DNA of 64,000 nt, from positions 64,001 to 128,000 of the forward strand of contig CAVPLU010000013.1 in assembly GCA_963706285.1 (NCBI GenBank), in the 5' to 3' direction. Both the position numbers and the translations under genes were made by a program. The notes beneath the pieces were generated by a model that was not told where the DNA came from, made no database searches, and worked only from the letters and a program-made list of their open reading frames with translations. Shown here piece after piece: positions 22,077-32,673 of the stretch; position 1 is the stretch's first letter, and each line of letters starts with the position of its first letter. The DNA comes from Candidatus Bathyarchaeota archaeon (lineage in GTDB: Archaea; Thermoproteota; Bathyarchaeia; 40CM-2-53-6).

Positions 22077-24476
22077 TTGAAGAAGCGACAGAAAACGGAA
22101 AAAGGACAAATAAGAAGAAAAGGTAAGCGAGCCCAACCACATTCTGCCGCTCCGACTTCTGAAGACAAGCCACTTCAAGAGAGCGAGGAACGTTTCCGTG
22201 AGGCGATGGAGGCGACGAGTGATGGTTTGTGGGATTGGAACGTGGAGACTGGTGAGATGTACTTTAGTCCAGCTTACTATCGGATGCTTGGTTATGAGCC
22301 TGATGAACTTCCAGGCCTCAAGGACAACTTGGTTGAATCTCATTCATCCTGACGATCGGGATCAGGCTTTGCGAAGCAACCAAGACTGCATTGAGAATCG
22401 GATCCCGAACTTTCAAGATAGAATTCCGAATGAGAACCAAGAGCGGTGATTGGAAATGGATTCTAGGACGAGGAAAAGCAAGCGTCCGAGACGCGAATGG
22501 TCAAGCACTCCGAATGATCGGAACCCACGTAGATATCACCGAACGCAAACGCTTGGAGGAGGAGCTCGGGGCGAGCGAGGTACGTTTGCGGCGAATCACT
22601 GACAATATGTTGGACATGGTGGTTGAGACTGATCTTCAGGGAATCTGCAAGTATGCCAGCCAGTCACACAAGTCTGTTTTGGGATACGATCCTGAGGACA
22701 TGGTAGGCAAGTCTCTGTTTGACTTCATACATCCTGAAGACATTGACATCGTGACAGAGACTGTCCGGAGAGCCATCTCCAGCGGCCGCTTGTTGACGGG
22801 TGGAAGGTTTGAGTGTCGTTACAGACATGCTGATGGCCACTATGTCTGGCTTGAGAACCTTGCCAATTTTGTTCGTGATAAGAACGGCGAGATGGTGGGG
22901 AGCGTAATCGGCTCACGTGACATCACTGAACGCAAGCGAATGGAGGAGGAGCTTCGGCGCTATTCTACACAGTTGGAGGGGCTCGTTGCGGAGAGAACCG
23001 GCAAACTGACGGAGAGCGAGAGAAGGTTCAGAGAGTTAGCCGACCTCCTGCCCCAGATCGTGTTCGAGACAAACGAGACAGGCAATCTCACCTTTGAAAA
23101 TCAAACCGGATTCGCCATCACTGGCTATACGCAAGAAGATCTTGACAGAGGTCTCAATGCACTACAGATGTTCCCCCCGGAGGAGCAGGCCAAAGCTCGA
23201 GACCGCATCATGGGAGCGCTGGGTGGTGAGAGATCAAGCGGCACAGAGTACCGAGTACAACGGAAAGACGGCAGCACATTTCCTGCAATCATACACACCA
23301 CAGCAGTTCTCCGTGAAGGCAAAACTGTTGGCCTAAGAGGAATTGCCATAGACATCACTGACCACAAACGGGCGGAGGAAGAGATTCACGCAGCAAGAGA
23401 ACGACTGGATTACGCGGTCAAGTCGAACCCTGCTGTAATCTACTCGGGCAAACCTCTTCCAGACCGCTCCGATTTTGTCCTAACTTACTTGAGCGAGAGG
23501 GTCGTTTCGATGCTTGGTTTTGAGCCTCAGGATTTCATTGATCATCCCGAATTCTGGGAGCACCATATTCTCCCTGAAGACAGACGCCACGTTCTGGCGG
23601 GAATGCCTCGCCTCTGGAAGGAAGGACAGTTTACCGTTGAGTATCGGTTTCTGCACAAGGACGGAACCTATCGGTGGATACGTGAAGAAGCGAAGCTGAT
23701 TCGTGATGCCGCGGGCAGACCCATGGAGGTTATTGGTTACTGGACAGATGTCACCGACCGGAAACGGATGGAGGCGGAGCTTGTCAAATCTCAACGGTTT
23801 GTCACAATCGGAGAAACAGCGGCGATGGTTGGACATGACTTGCGTAATCCGCTTCAAGCCATAGTCAGCACCACTATATCTTGCGAAGAGAGAGCTGGAA
23901 AGTCTGCCTGAGCCCAGCAGGGAAACCGCGGTGAAGCCGAGTTTAGTCGAGATGTTGGAGACGATTGAGAGCGAGGCGTATTACATGAATAAGATCGTCT
24001 CCGACCTACAGGACTACGCCACACCATTTAGGCCAGAACCCAAACCAGTTCAAATGGGATCACTTTTCAAAACTACATTATCGACGATACATATCCCGCA
24101 GAACATCAAGGTCTCATTCATGGTCGATGAAGCATTGCAGACCGTGATGGTCGACCAATTCATATTGAGGAGGATCTTCACGAACTTGATCACGAACGCC
24201 ATACAAGCCATGCCGGACGGAGGAGAATTGGGAATAGACGTGTACGGAACGGATGAATTCCTGTTCATTGCATTCAAAGACACGGGCATGGGTATACCGG
24301 AAGAGAACATGGATAAGCTGTTCAATCCGTTCTTCACCACAAAGGCGAAGGGACAAGGACTCGGATTGCCCGTCTGCAAGCGCCTGGTGGAAGCGCACAA
24401 CGGCAGAATAACCGTCGAAAGCAAGCCTGGAGAAGGTTCCACGTTCACGGTCAAGGTGCCGCTTATCAAGCCATGA
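22077..24476 (+). CDS. Cytoplasmic multi-PAS (4) histidine kinase; frameshifted
   Basis: ORFs 22077, 22198, 22391, 23931; GHDLRNPL, NLITNAIQAM, FFTTKAKGQGLGL. Confidence 0.88.
22179..22547 (+). repeat. PAS/PAC-coding repeat, copy 2
   Basis: Near-identical to the reverse complement of 12925-13291. Confidence 0.9.
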
Positions 24477-24489
24477 TGGGGGTGACAAC

Positions 24490-24949
24490 TTGGAGAAGAA
24501 ACGTATTCTAGTAATCGACGATGACGAGGTCGTCCGGAAGAACTTCAAAGCAATCCTCGAACTTGAAGGCTACAATGTGGACACCGCAGTGACAGGAAAA
24601 GAAGCGATCGAGAAATCCAACGCAAACTTCTACAATCTCGCGTTGATTGACATCCGCCTTCCGGATATGGAAGGCACACAACTCCTCACCACGATGCGAG
24701 AGACTATTCCCAAAATGGTGAAGATAATCGTCACAGGCTACCCGTCGCTGGAGAACGCTAAGGATGCTGTCAACATGAGCGCGGACGGCTACGTGGTCAA
24801 ACCAATAATGGACACGGACGAATTCCTCCAGAAATATCAAGGAGCATTTGAAGAAGCAGGATGAGGCACAACGGTACAGTGAACAGAAGGTCGCAGAATA
24901 CATCGAATCGCGCGTGAAGCAGGAAGAAACCCGAAAGACCAAGAATTGA
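24490..24949 (+). CDS. Response regulator receiver; frameshift near 24833
   Basis: ILVIDDD, LIDIRLPDMEG; tail EHLKKQDEAQRYSEQKVAEYIESR in second frame. Confidence 0.88.
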
Positions 24950-25095
24950 AGACAGACAACTACTCGGATCGTGATTCGATAGATCGCACGTACCTCAGAT
25001 TTCGATTCTCGTGATAGGCACAATTCGAATTGTCATTGAACCGGTTCCTCTATGTTATTTGCTCGATAAGCACGAGAGATGTTAGACATTCGAGG

Positions 25096-27161
25096 ATGGG
25101 GATTCAGGTGTCTCAGGGTGTGTCCAATACTGGATCGAAGTTGCCTCTTGTTGCAACAATCGGTTTTGTCATCGTTACGGGAATCAGTGTGATTGCAGGT
25201 CTAGGTTGGATCACAGGTCAACTTGTCTTCGCACAGATCTTGCCTGGATATCTTCCAATGGCTCCGTTCGCGATCACTGTTCTCCTTGTTGCTGTGTGTG
25301 TCGTATTTCTTGTATGATTGGAGACCGAATTTTCCCTGGATTCGAGTTGGAGCAGGAGTTGGTGCGCTTTTTGTGGCAATAGTGAGCTCTGTGATTCTGA
25401 TGCATTTCCTGACTGATGTGGGGCTTGACATCGAGGCATCGTTTTTCTCGAACTTCGAGAGCCTCAGAGGATACCCGATTGTCAACATATCTCCAATTGC
25501 TGCAGCCTTGCTTCTCCTGGGCGCTCTCGCCCTCATCCTGCTAGTCTCGACTCCAAGGAGGTTGGTGAGAAGCTGCGTTGCTGTGTGTGGCATGTTCGTC
25601 GGTTTCATTGGGTTCGTGATGACTGTCGGCTACGTTTACAATGCTCCTCTGCTGTACGGAAGCTCCATTAGACCGGTTGCGTTTCCCGCCGCGCTCGCCT
25701 TCCTGTTCTTGGGAATGGGAATCTGGGCGTCTGCTGGGCCGGACTGTTGGCCCACGCATGAGCTGACTGAAGATTCGGTGAGGGCTCGACTCTCGCGGGC
25801 ATTTCTTCCGACCACATCCTTGATTCTGGTTCTTTTCGTTATGTTTCAGGCTTTGATTGCTCGGGATATCGCAGGCGCGGCTTTGTTGGGATCTTTAGCA
25901 CTGCTGGGATCATTGGCTGGTATGATTGTGATTGTCTGGAAAATGGCCCGTGGAATTGGAGGTGATGTCGACCGAGAGGTCGGCGAACGCAAGAAGGCAG
26001 AAGCGGCACTGGCAGGAACACTTGAACAGCTGCAAAAGAGTGAAGGTCAATTGAGAGCCTACTCGGAGCATCTGGAAGAACTCGTTAAGGAACGGACTAG
26101 AGGGCTCTCGGAAAGCGAGAAGAGATTTCGAGAACTAGCTGAACTGCTCCCTGGAATCATCTATGAGACTGACGCGAATGGAAACCTCACATTCATGAAC
26201 CGTACCGGACTTTCGCTGATCGGCTACAATGATGATGACATCAAGAAGAACTTGAACCAGTTGCAACTGTTTGCTCCGCAGGAGCGAGGACGCGATGCTG
26301 GAGCACCTCCGACGAACGGTGGCAGGTGAAGCCTTGCCTCCCCATGAACACACTGCGATGAGAAAAGACAGCACCACTTTCCCGGTCCTCATGCATTCGA
26401 CTCGCATCACGCAGAAAGGCAGAGCTGTAGGCGTGAGAGCGATTGCGATAGACATTACCGACCGAAAACGAGTCGAGCAAGAACTCACCATATCTCGACG
26501 CATGGCGACCATCGGCGAAACTGCAGCCATAATTGGACACGACCTAAGGAACCCGCTTCAAGGAATCTCCACAGCCACGTACATACTCAAGAAGAAACTG
26601 GAACCGTCCCCCGACGAGGAAACAAGAAGGATGCTCTCAACAATTGAAAAGGGGATTGAACGCTCAGAAAGCATCATCGCAGGCCTCCTGGACTATTCAA
26701 GGGAGATGAGACTGGAAACGACCGAGACCGATTTGAATTCGTTGACGTCTGAAGCGCTATCGCTCGCCAGAGTCCCAGAAAATGTGCGAGTGCTCAACCT
26801 AACCGATAGCAATCTAAGAATCATGGTTGACAGGCAAAAGATCACAAGAGTGTTCCTCAACATCATCACGAATGCTATTGAAGCAATGCCCGAGGGAGGC
26901 ACCCTCACCGTTACGACCAAGCAATCCAACTCTAACGTGGAACTGATGTTCTCAGACACAGGAGCAGGCATGACAGCGGAGGTTATGAAACAGATCTGGG
27001 AGCCTCTCTTCACAACCAAATCCAGGGGAATTGGATTGGGCTTACCAGCCTGCAAACGCATAGTCGAAGCCCATCGGGGCACAATCTCCGTCGAAAGCAC
27101 CCCCGGAAAAGGGTCAACGTTTATTGTCAACCTACCGAAAATAGTAAAGGCAGAGGCATGA
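25096..27161 (+). CDS. Membrane-bound PAS histidine kinase; frameshifted
   Basis: Multi-TM N-terminus paralogous to kinase 11788-14928 (SAGPDCWP/SAGPTCWP); GHDLRNPL; LFTTKSRGIGLGL. Confidence 0.88.
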
Positions 27162-27167
27162 AATGTC

Positions 27168-27623
27168 TTGACCGGGAAGCCTCGAATTCTAGTTATTGAC
27201 GACGATGAAACCATAAGAGAGTCAATGTCCACCCTACTCCGGCGGGAAGGATACGTTGTCGATACCGCTGAAACCGGAAAGGAAGCCATAGCAGCCAGCA
27301 CCGCGAATTTCTACAATCTCGCTATCATCGACATACGACTACCCGACATGGAAGGCGTAGAACTCCTGACAGCGATGAAGGAAACTGTCCCGAAAACGGT
27401 CAAGATCATTGTCACAGGTTACCCATCCATCGAAACAGCGATCAACGCTGTCAACGATGGCGCCGATGGATACTTGACGAAACCCTTCAAAAGCCAAGAA
27501 CTCCTGGACAAAGTGGCGGAGCATCTGAAGAAGCAAGAGCAAGCAGCGAAGTACAGTGAAGAGAAGGTCGCCGATTTCATCCGGTCCAGAGCAAGGGAAC
27601 TGGATACAGCAACGAAAACCTGA
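27168..27623 (+). CDS. Response regulator receiver protein
   Basis: ILVIDDD, IDIRLPDMEG, GADGYLTKPF. Confidence 0.92.
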   Translation: MTGKPRILVIDDDETIRESMSTLLRREGYVVDTAETGKEAIAASTANFYNLAIIDIRLPDMEGVELLTAMKETVPKTVKIIVTGYPSIETAINAVNDGADGYLTKPFKSQELLDKVAEHLKKQEQAAKYSEEKVADFIRSRARELDTATKT

Positions 27624-27728
27624 GTCATGACTCCTTGGCTCAGGAATACCGTTGTGAATAGACCGTTAAAGACCTGCAAATGGCCATAATAGATACAGCT
27701 CCGCACGCTCGGCGCTGAAACGAGACAG

Positions 27729-27959
27729 TTGATCTACACGCGCGTGAAGAATCGTTGGCAGCTTGGACATGAAGACATACCCGCAAACCTCAAACATTTC
27801 GATGGAGCTCTAGGAGACTTGCTAGGTCGAGAGGCCAAGATACTTCTCGACGAAATGTTCACCAGCAGTCTTTATCACAAACTCGGCCTCACCCTGAAGC
27901 GTCGCGTTGATTGGACATTCCCGACCTATGTCAACAATGCGTCCAAACAACTGAAATAG
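27729..27959 (+). pseudogene. DUF3227/NitrOD5-like protein, probably 5'-truncated
   Basis: EDIPANLKHFDGALGDLLGREAKIL...LYHKLGL...DWTFPTYV. Confidence 0.55.
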
Positions 27960-28231
27960 CAACTCTGCTGTGCGAGATTCACAGGGCGCCAGACTGGCGA
28001 CGCCACGACATATCTTGCATTTTGAATACGTGGATTTCTGCGGACACGCCGGTAGCCTGTCGGAGAATTAGATCGATTCGCTATTTCGACTTCAAACTTT
28101 GGATCTTAATGACTCAAGCGCCTTCTTGGACACATCTCCACGAGCGACTCCTAGCATGAGAGATCGTATCCCGCCTTTCTCAGAATGAGAAATCTCAAAG
28201 CGGCACCTCTTTCCCGGAAAGCGACCCCTCT

Positions 28232-28429
28232 GTGGAGGATGTGATCAAGCACCATGCTAGCGGTCCTCCACTAGACGGCAACAAGTGCAATCTTCTACCG
28301 TGGAATCTAGCTGCGCTCTGCCAGAGATGCCACTACCAAGTTCAATGGACACTAGACTTCTGCCAATCCACACTCACGGATAACTACCCTCAGTGGATGC
28401 GGATCCACGTTAGAGCGTACAACGCGTGA
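28232..28429 (+). pseudogene. HNH-endonuclease-like fragment
   Basis: HH...DGNKCNLLPWNLAALCQRCH. Confidence 0.6.
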
Positions 28430-28720
28430 GCGCGAACGAAAGGACGCACCCGACTCATCTTGGCCGAATGAAACAAGGACGATGGTTCTGGCGCTTTGCA
28501 GTGCGGCCGTTTCATTGAAAAATCTGGAGGGTTACGCGGTTAGAGACGAAGCTAAGTGAGTCATGACTAGGTTAGCCTGAAGACTAGCTTGATGGGTTTT
28601 CAGGTCTCAGGTTTCTTCGACGGTCTCACAAAAACGATTGCGACGTTCAGGATGCACGTTTGGAGATAGATAAGAAAAAATTGAGGAAATTCTGGTCAAT
28701 ATCGGTTCTAGGCTGTTTGC

Positions 28721-28873
28721 CTAGTACCTGCGGTGCTTCTGGTAGCATTCTCTACAGTAGACTGGTTTGCCCGCAGTAGGCACAAACGGTACTTCCGTAT
28801 CTGCGCCGCAGTCGGCGCATTTGACTTTCGTCATTTGCCTCGGGGGACCAGACCGTCGATTCTCATAACCCAT
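28721..28873 (-). CDS. CxxC-x17-CxxC zinc-ribbon protein (50 aa; not in ORF track)
   Basis: MGYENRRSGPPRQMTKVKCADCGADTEVPFVPTAGKPVYCRECYQKHRRY. Confidence 0.9.
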   Translation of the reverse strand: MGYENRRSGPPRQMTKVKCADCGADTEVPFVPTAGKPVYCRECYQKHRRY

Positions 28874-29012
28874 ATTTGCATTCCACCGTCCCTATTCTCT
28901 AGTTATACGAAAGATAATACTCGCCGCGATAATCGGCACGAGCCACGACAGCCCTCCCGTCATCCACGCAGGTAAGATCTCCAGTATACCGTCCGCGCAA
29001 GAGCCAAGACGT

Positions 29013-29368
29013 CTATAAAAAGTGACCCAATACTTGTGGCTGTGGAATGAATGGTAACGTCTCAATCCGTTTGTATCGGGGTCTGTTGAATGGAATCATC
29101 AGGTGAGCGTAGAAACGTGATGCGTCTTCCAGGAGCTTTGTTTTGCGGTTCTCGCCTGGTTCGACGTTACTAGGTAGGATTTGACGGACTCTGGGTCTAG
29201 AAGGTTTGTTTTTCTCGCGAGGCCTTTAGGGCTCGGACCCAGGTTTGGATTGTAGAGTTTCTGTATTCTGTTTTTGCATCCAGAAGGCGAGCTGGAGGAT
29301 TTCGCTGAGCACGTGGGGTTCGATTTCCTGGGTATATCGAGATCCGATGCGGTGGGTGGAGCTCAAAG
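29013..29368 (-). pseudogene. Truncated tyrosine integrase whose frame runs out of the tRNA 3' half
   Basis: VGSNPTPRTLSSTHRIGSRYTQEIEPHVLSEILQLAFWMQK..YRNSTIQTWVRALK..NLLDPESVKSYL..RPRYKRIETLPFIP, then stop; several indels. Confidence 0.78.
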
Positions 29369-29517
29369 TGCGGGGGGTGGGATTCGAACCCACGAAGGCC
29401 TACGCCACGGGATGACTCACCCGCGCTGTGGGCTTGGTCTTGAGTGTGGCGCGCGTGGTCAGGACGCGACCCGCCCATCTAGCCAGACGCATGTTGACCT
29501 GGCTCTGGGACCCCCGC
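29369..29517 (-). tRNA. tRNA-Leu(CAA) with three BHB introns (21/22, 30/31, 37/38)
   Basis: Removing 29479-29493, 29446-29469 and 29414-29438 gives GCGGGGG TC CCAG AGCCAGGTCAA ATGG G CGGGA CTCAAGA TCCCG TGGCGTAGGCCTTC GTGGG TTCGAAT CCCAC CCCCCGC A. Confidence 0.9.
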
Positions 29518-29634
29518 GTTTCATTGACACGAGCGATCTGCATTCTTCAGCTAAAGGCTTACCGCTACCGTGACAGTTGTCCATTCGAGCGGAACAGTAT
29601 CCTGACAAGAATTGGATGAAAACCGCGAGCGTCG

Positions 29635-29943
29635 TTAGAGGAGTTCGATCTCGATAAAAACGTCTTCGGGTGTTCGTATGCGCATCAAGCGCTTGAGAAA
29701 TCTCTCGTTCGGGTCTACGTCGATTAGGCGCTTATGGATTCGCATCTCCCACTTGTCCCACGTGTTTGTGCCTTGGCCACAGGGACTCTTACGAGTTGGC
29801 ACGTTCAGTTTCTTCGTTGGAAGCGGTATCGGGCCGCGGAGTTTCACGCCGGTCTTTTCAGCGATCTTAGTGATTTCTCCACAGATCGAGTCTAGCCCCT
29901 GAGGGTTCGTGCCAGACAACCTGATGCGGGCTTTGTTAACCAT
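29635..29943 (-). CDS. rpsJ: 30S ribosomal protein S10 (uS10)
   Basis: [18 protein letters not shown]...[11 protein letters not shown]. Confidence 0.97.
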   Translation of the reverse strand: MVNKARIRLSGTNPQGLDSICGEITKIAEKTGVKLRGPIPLPTKKLNVPTRKSPCGQGTNTWDKWEMRIHKRLIDVDPNERFLKRLMRIRTPEDVFIEIELL

Positions 29944-30016
29944 TGGGGTCTATCCTCCACGCTAACCGGAAACACAGCAAGAACAGCTGAGGCCTATAAA
30001 GGTTCAGAGTTTGCGT

Positions 30017-31330
30017 TTATGCTTTCTCTGTGATCTGTGCGACGACGCCGACTGCGACTGTGCTGCCCATGTCGCGGATCGCGAATCTTCCCAGTTGCGG
30101 AATTTCGGAGTAGGACTCGATCGGTAGTGGCCTTACAGGGCGTAGCTTGACGAGTGCAGAGTCACCGGTTTTGAGGAACGACGGCTTCTCTTCAACAATT
30201 TGCCCGGTTCGTGCGTCGATCTTCTGCAATAGTTCTGTGAATGTGACGGCCATCGTGGCTGTGTGAGTGTGCATTACTGGGGTGTAGCCTGCTGCGATCG
30301 CTGTTGGGTGGAAGACGACTATGATTCTGCCAATGAATTCTTTTGCAACGGTCGGTGGTGCGTCGGTCTTTCCGACCACGTCGCCTCGATGAACGTCTGT
30401 CTTTGTGATTCCTCGTACGTTGAATCCGATGTTGTCGCCTGGAATTGCCTGCGGAATCTTCTCGTGGTGTGTCTCGATGTCTTTACACTCACCCTTCACG
30501 CCGGAGGGCATGAAGATTAGACTATCACCGGTCTTCATTACGCCGGTCTCTACTCTTCCGACGGGAACGGTTCCAACTCCAGTGATCGTGTAAACGTCTT
30601 GGACAGGAATGCGGAGCGGCTTGTCGAGTGGCTTCGGCGGTTCCGTGAAGGTATCCAGAGTCGCAAGGAGTGTTGGTCCTTTGTACCATGGCATCTTCTC
30701 GCTCGGCTTCGCCAGATTGTCCCCGGTCCAGCCTGAGACTGGAATGATCGTAATCTTGGATGGATCGTATCCAACAACTTTCAGCAGGTCGCTGACTTCT
30801 TTCTTACATTCTTCGAAACGTTCCTGACCCCAATTGATAGAGGCGTCGTCCATCTTGTTGATGGCGACTGCAAGTTGGGCGACTCCAAGGGTTCTTGCGA
30901 GGTATGCGTGCTCGCGTGTCTGACCTCCTGGGCCGACACCGACTTCGAACTCTCCCTTCTTACCCGAGACAACGAGGATCGCGGCATCTGCTTGACTTGT
31001 GCCGGTGATCATGTTCTTGATGAAATCTCGGTGACCTGGCGCGTCTATGATTGTGAAGAATATCTTTGGCGTCTCGAACTTCTCAAATCTAAGATCTATG
31101 GTGACGCCTCTTTCTCTTTCTTCTTTGAGTGTGTCAAGGACCCAAGCGAACTTGAAGGTCTCGCCTACGCCCAGTTTGTTTGACTCATCAGCGTACTTCT
31201 TGATGGTCTTATCATCGATGTTACCGGTCGCGTATAGCAGGTGACCAGTCATTGTACTCTTTCCATGGTCGACGTGACCGATGATGATCAGGTTCAAGTG
31301 AGGCTTCTTTGCCGACACGAAATCATCCAT
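30017..31330 (-). CDS. tuf: Elongation factor EF-1alpha
   Basis: GHVDHGKST, EERERGVTI, DAPGHRDF, NKMD. Confidence 0.98.
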   Translation of the reverse strand: MDDFVSAKKPHLNLIIIGHVDHGKSTMTGHLLYATGNIDDKTIKKYADESNKLGVGETFKFAWVLDTLKEERERGVTIDLRFEKFETPKIFFTIIDAPGHRDFIKNMITGTSQADAAILVVSGKKGEFEVGVGPGGQTREHAYLARTLGVAQLAVAINKMDDASINWGQERFEECKKEVSDLLKVVGYDPSKITIIPVSGWTGDNLAKPSEKMPWYKGPTLLATLDTFTEPPKPLDKPLRIPVQDVYTITGVGTVPVGRVETGVMKTGDSLIFMPSGVKGECKDIETHHEKIPQAIPGDNIGFNVRGITKTDVHRGDVVGKTDAPPTVAKEFIGRIIVVFHPTAIAAGYTPVMHTHTATMAVTFTELLQKIDARTGQIVEEKPSFLKTGDSALVKLRPVRPLPIESYSEIPQLGRFAIRDMGSTVAVGVVAQITEKA

Positions 31331-31521
31331 CCGTTCCCGTATTAGATTTGTAGAGTAGAATCGATCTCATCTATTTAAGGGTTCGACACGATCCCGGCCG
31401 TTTCCGAAACCAGAATCGATGAATCTCTCAAACTCTTGTCGGAACATGCGCCTAGAGCGAGAAAACTACTCCGAACAATCATTCACGAAAATGAAACGAA
31501 GAGAAGTTCAGCTCAGTTGCT

Positions 31522-32118
31522 CTATCGTGAGGCCAACGCGACGCGTTCCATCTCGTCACGCTTTCGAACAGCGTAGCTGCGATTGTCGCGAGCTGCAGCA
31601 TTAACAATCTCCTCAGCCAAGCATTCGTCAATGGTTCGCGGATTACCGTACGCTGCTTGCCGCGCACCATCGGTTATGAATCGCATTGTCAAATCTATCC
31701 GCCGTTGTGGAGCGATATCAACTGAGATCGGATATACTATTCCACCGTAGGCGACCCGTGTCACATCCTCGGCGGGAGCAACATTCTCCACTGCCCTGAC
31801 GAGCACCTCAACAGGATTCTTCTTCGTTTTCAGTTCAATAATCTCGAAAGCGTTGCGAACGATGCTGACGGCTTTGGCTTTCTTGCCGCCGACCTTGCCG
31901 TGACGCATCATGTTGTTGACGAGGCGTTCGACTATGTTGACGGTTGATTTTCTGAATTTCTGGTGTTCATGACGACCGCTGCTGTGAGGAACAAACATTG
32001 CTCTTGTGCTCAGATATCTCTGGAGACTGATGTCTGCGACCTCGATGTCACTGAGGCTCCACTTGTTGAAAGCCTTGACCTCAGCGAGCCTCTTTGCTTC
32101 CTTGCTCATTCTAGACAC
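31522..32118 (-). CDS. rpsG: 30S ribosomal protein S7 (uS7)
   Basis: PHSSGRH..F.KS..NIVERL, VDIAPQRR, ERVALASR. Confidence 0.97.
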   Translation of the reverse strand: MSRMSKEAKRLAEVKAFNKWSLSDIEVADISLQRYLSTRAMFVPHSSGRHEHQKFRKSTVNIVERLVNNMMRHGKVGGKKAKAVSIVRNAFEIIELKTKKNPVEVLVRAVENVAPAEDVTRVAYGGIVYPISVDIAPQRRIDLTMRFITDGARQAAYGNPRTIDECLAEEIVNAAARDNRSYAVRKRDEMERVALASR

Positions 32119-32222
32119 TTCGCATCCTGTGAGTTCGCTTTCTTTTTCAAAGGTTCGCTGAACGTAGCTGCGAGCTTAATATAAGCTAAGCGTATCGCGG
32201 CAACGATGCCTTCGAAAATTAA

Positions 32223-32547
32223 GACGGTGGCGGCATCCCCAAGTGATGGACACAGTTTCCTTCCACGGTTTTTCAGATGCTTTCTATACCCTGTGATCCT
32301 ATCAGCGCCAGCATGTCGACCTTACGACTGCCCTCTTCCGAGTCTCGCCGGGTTCGGCCGCAAAGAAGTCGACCCTTCCCTTCGGAAGAGCCTCTTCCTC
32401 CACCGGCCCGGTAGGGCAGGATTTCATCGTTGGCAACTGAAGCCTATGAGAGGAACCAAATGCCTCTCCCTTGAGTTAACGGATCCCCGCGTAGAGCCGA
32501 TTTCGGGTAACAAGGAACGGCTGACTCCTCGATCCCCCACCACCGCC
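32223..32547 (-). ncRNA. ffs: Archaeal SRP (7S) RNA
   Basis: ~325 nt; terminal helix GGCGGTGGTGG/CCGCCACCGTC; helix 6 GGCTCTTCC-GAAG-GGAAGGGTC; helix 8 CTC-GGAA-GAG flanked by AACC...TAAG. Confidence 0.85.
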
Positions 32548-32673
32548 GTTCAGAGCTGAGGACGGCTATCCTTTAACTCTTGTCTCACAGGGTCACAACT
32601 GACAATCATCCACAGGAACTTTTGCCATCACGGAACAGTCTATCTGTCTTAGTTAGTCTGCAATGATAGTCTA

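Larger units (their letters stand above)
4453..29407. mobile_element. Decayed ~25 kb integrative island at tRNA-Leu(CAA) carrying signal-transduction cargo
   Basis: Integrase remnant abutting the tRNA 3' end; degenerate direct repeat at the far end; accessory gene content and gene fragments; core genes resume at 29635. Confidence 0.65.

Noticed and set aside
12925-22547. PAS repeat pair as a diversity-generating retroelement TR/VR
   Set aside because: No reverse transcriptase in the window, and the differences are not adenine-specific.
32223-32547. RNase P RNA, or ORF 32206..32559
   Set aside because: Lacks the RNase P CR-I/CR-V motifs; helices 6 and 8 and the length fit SRP RNA. The ORF is a shadow.
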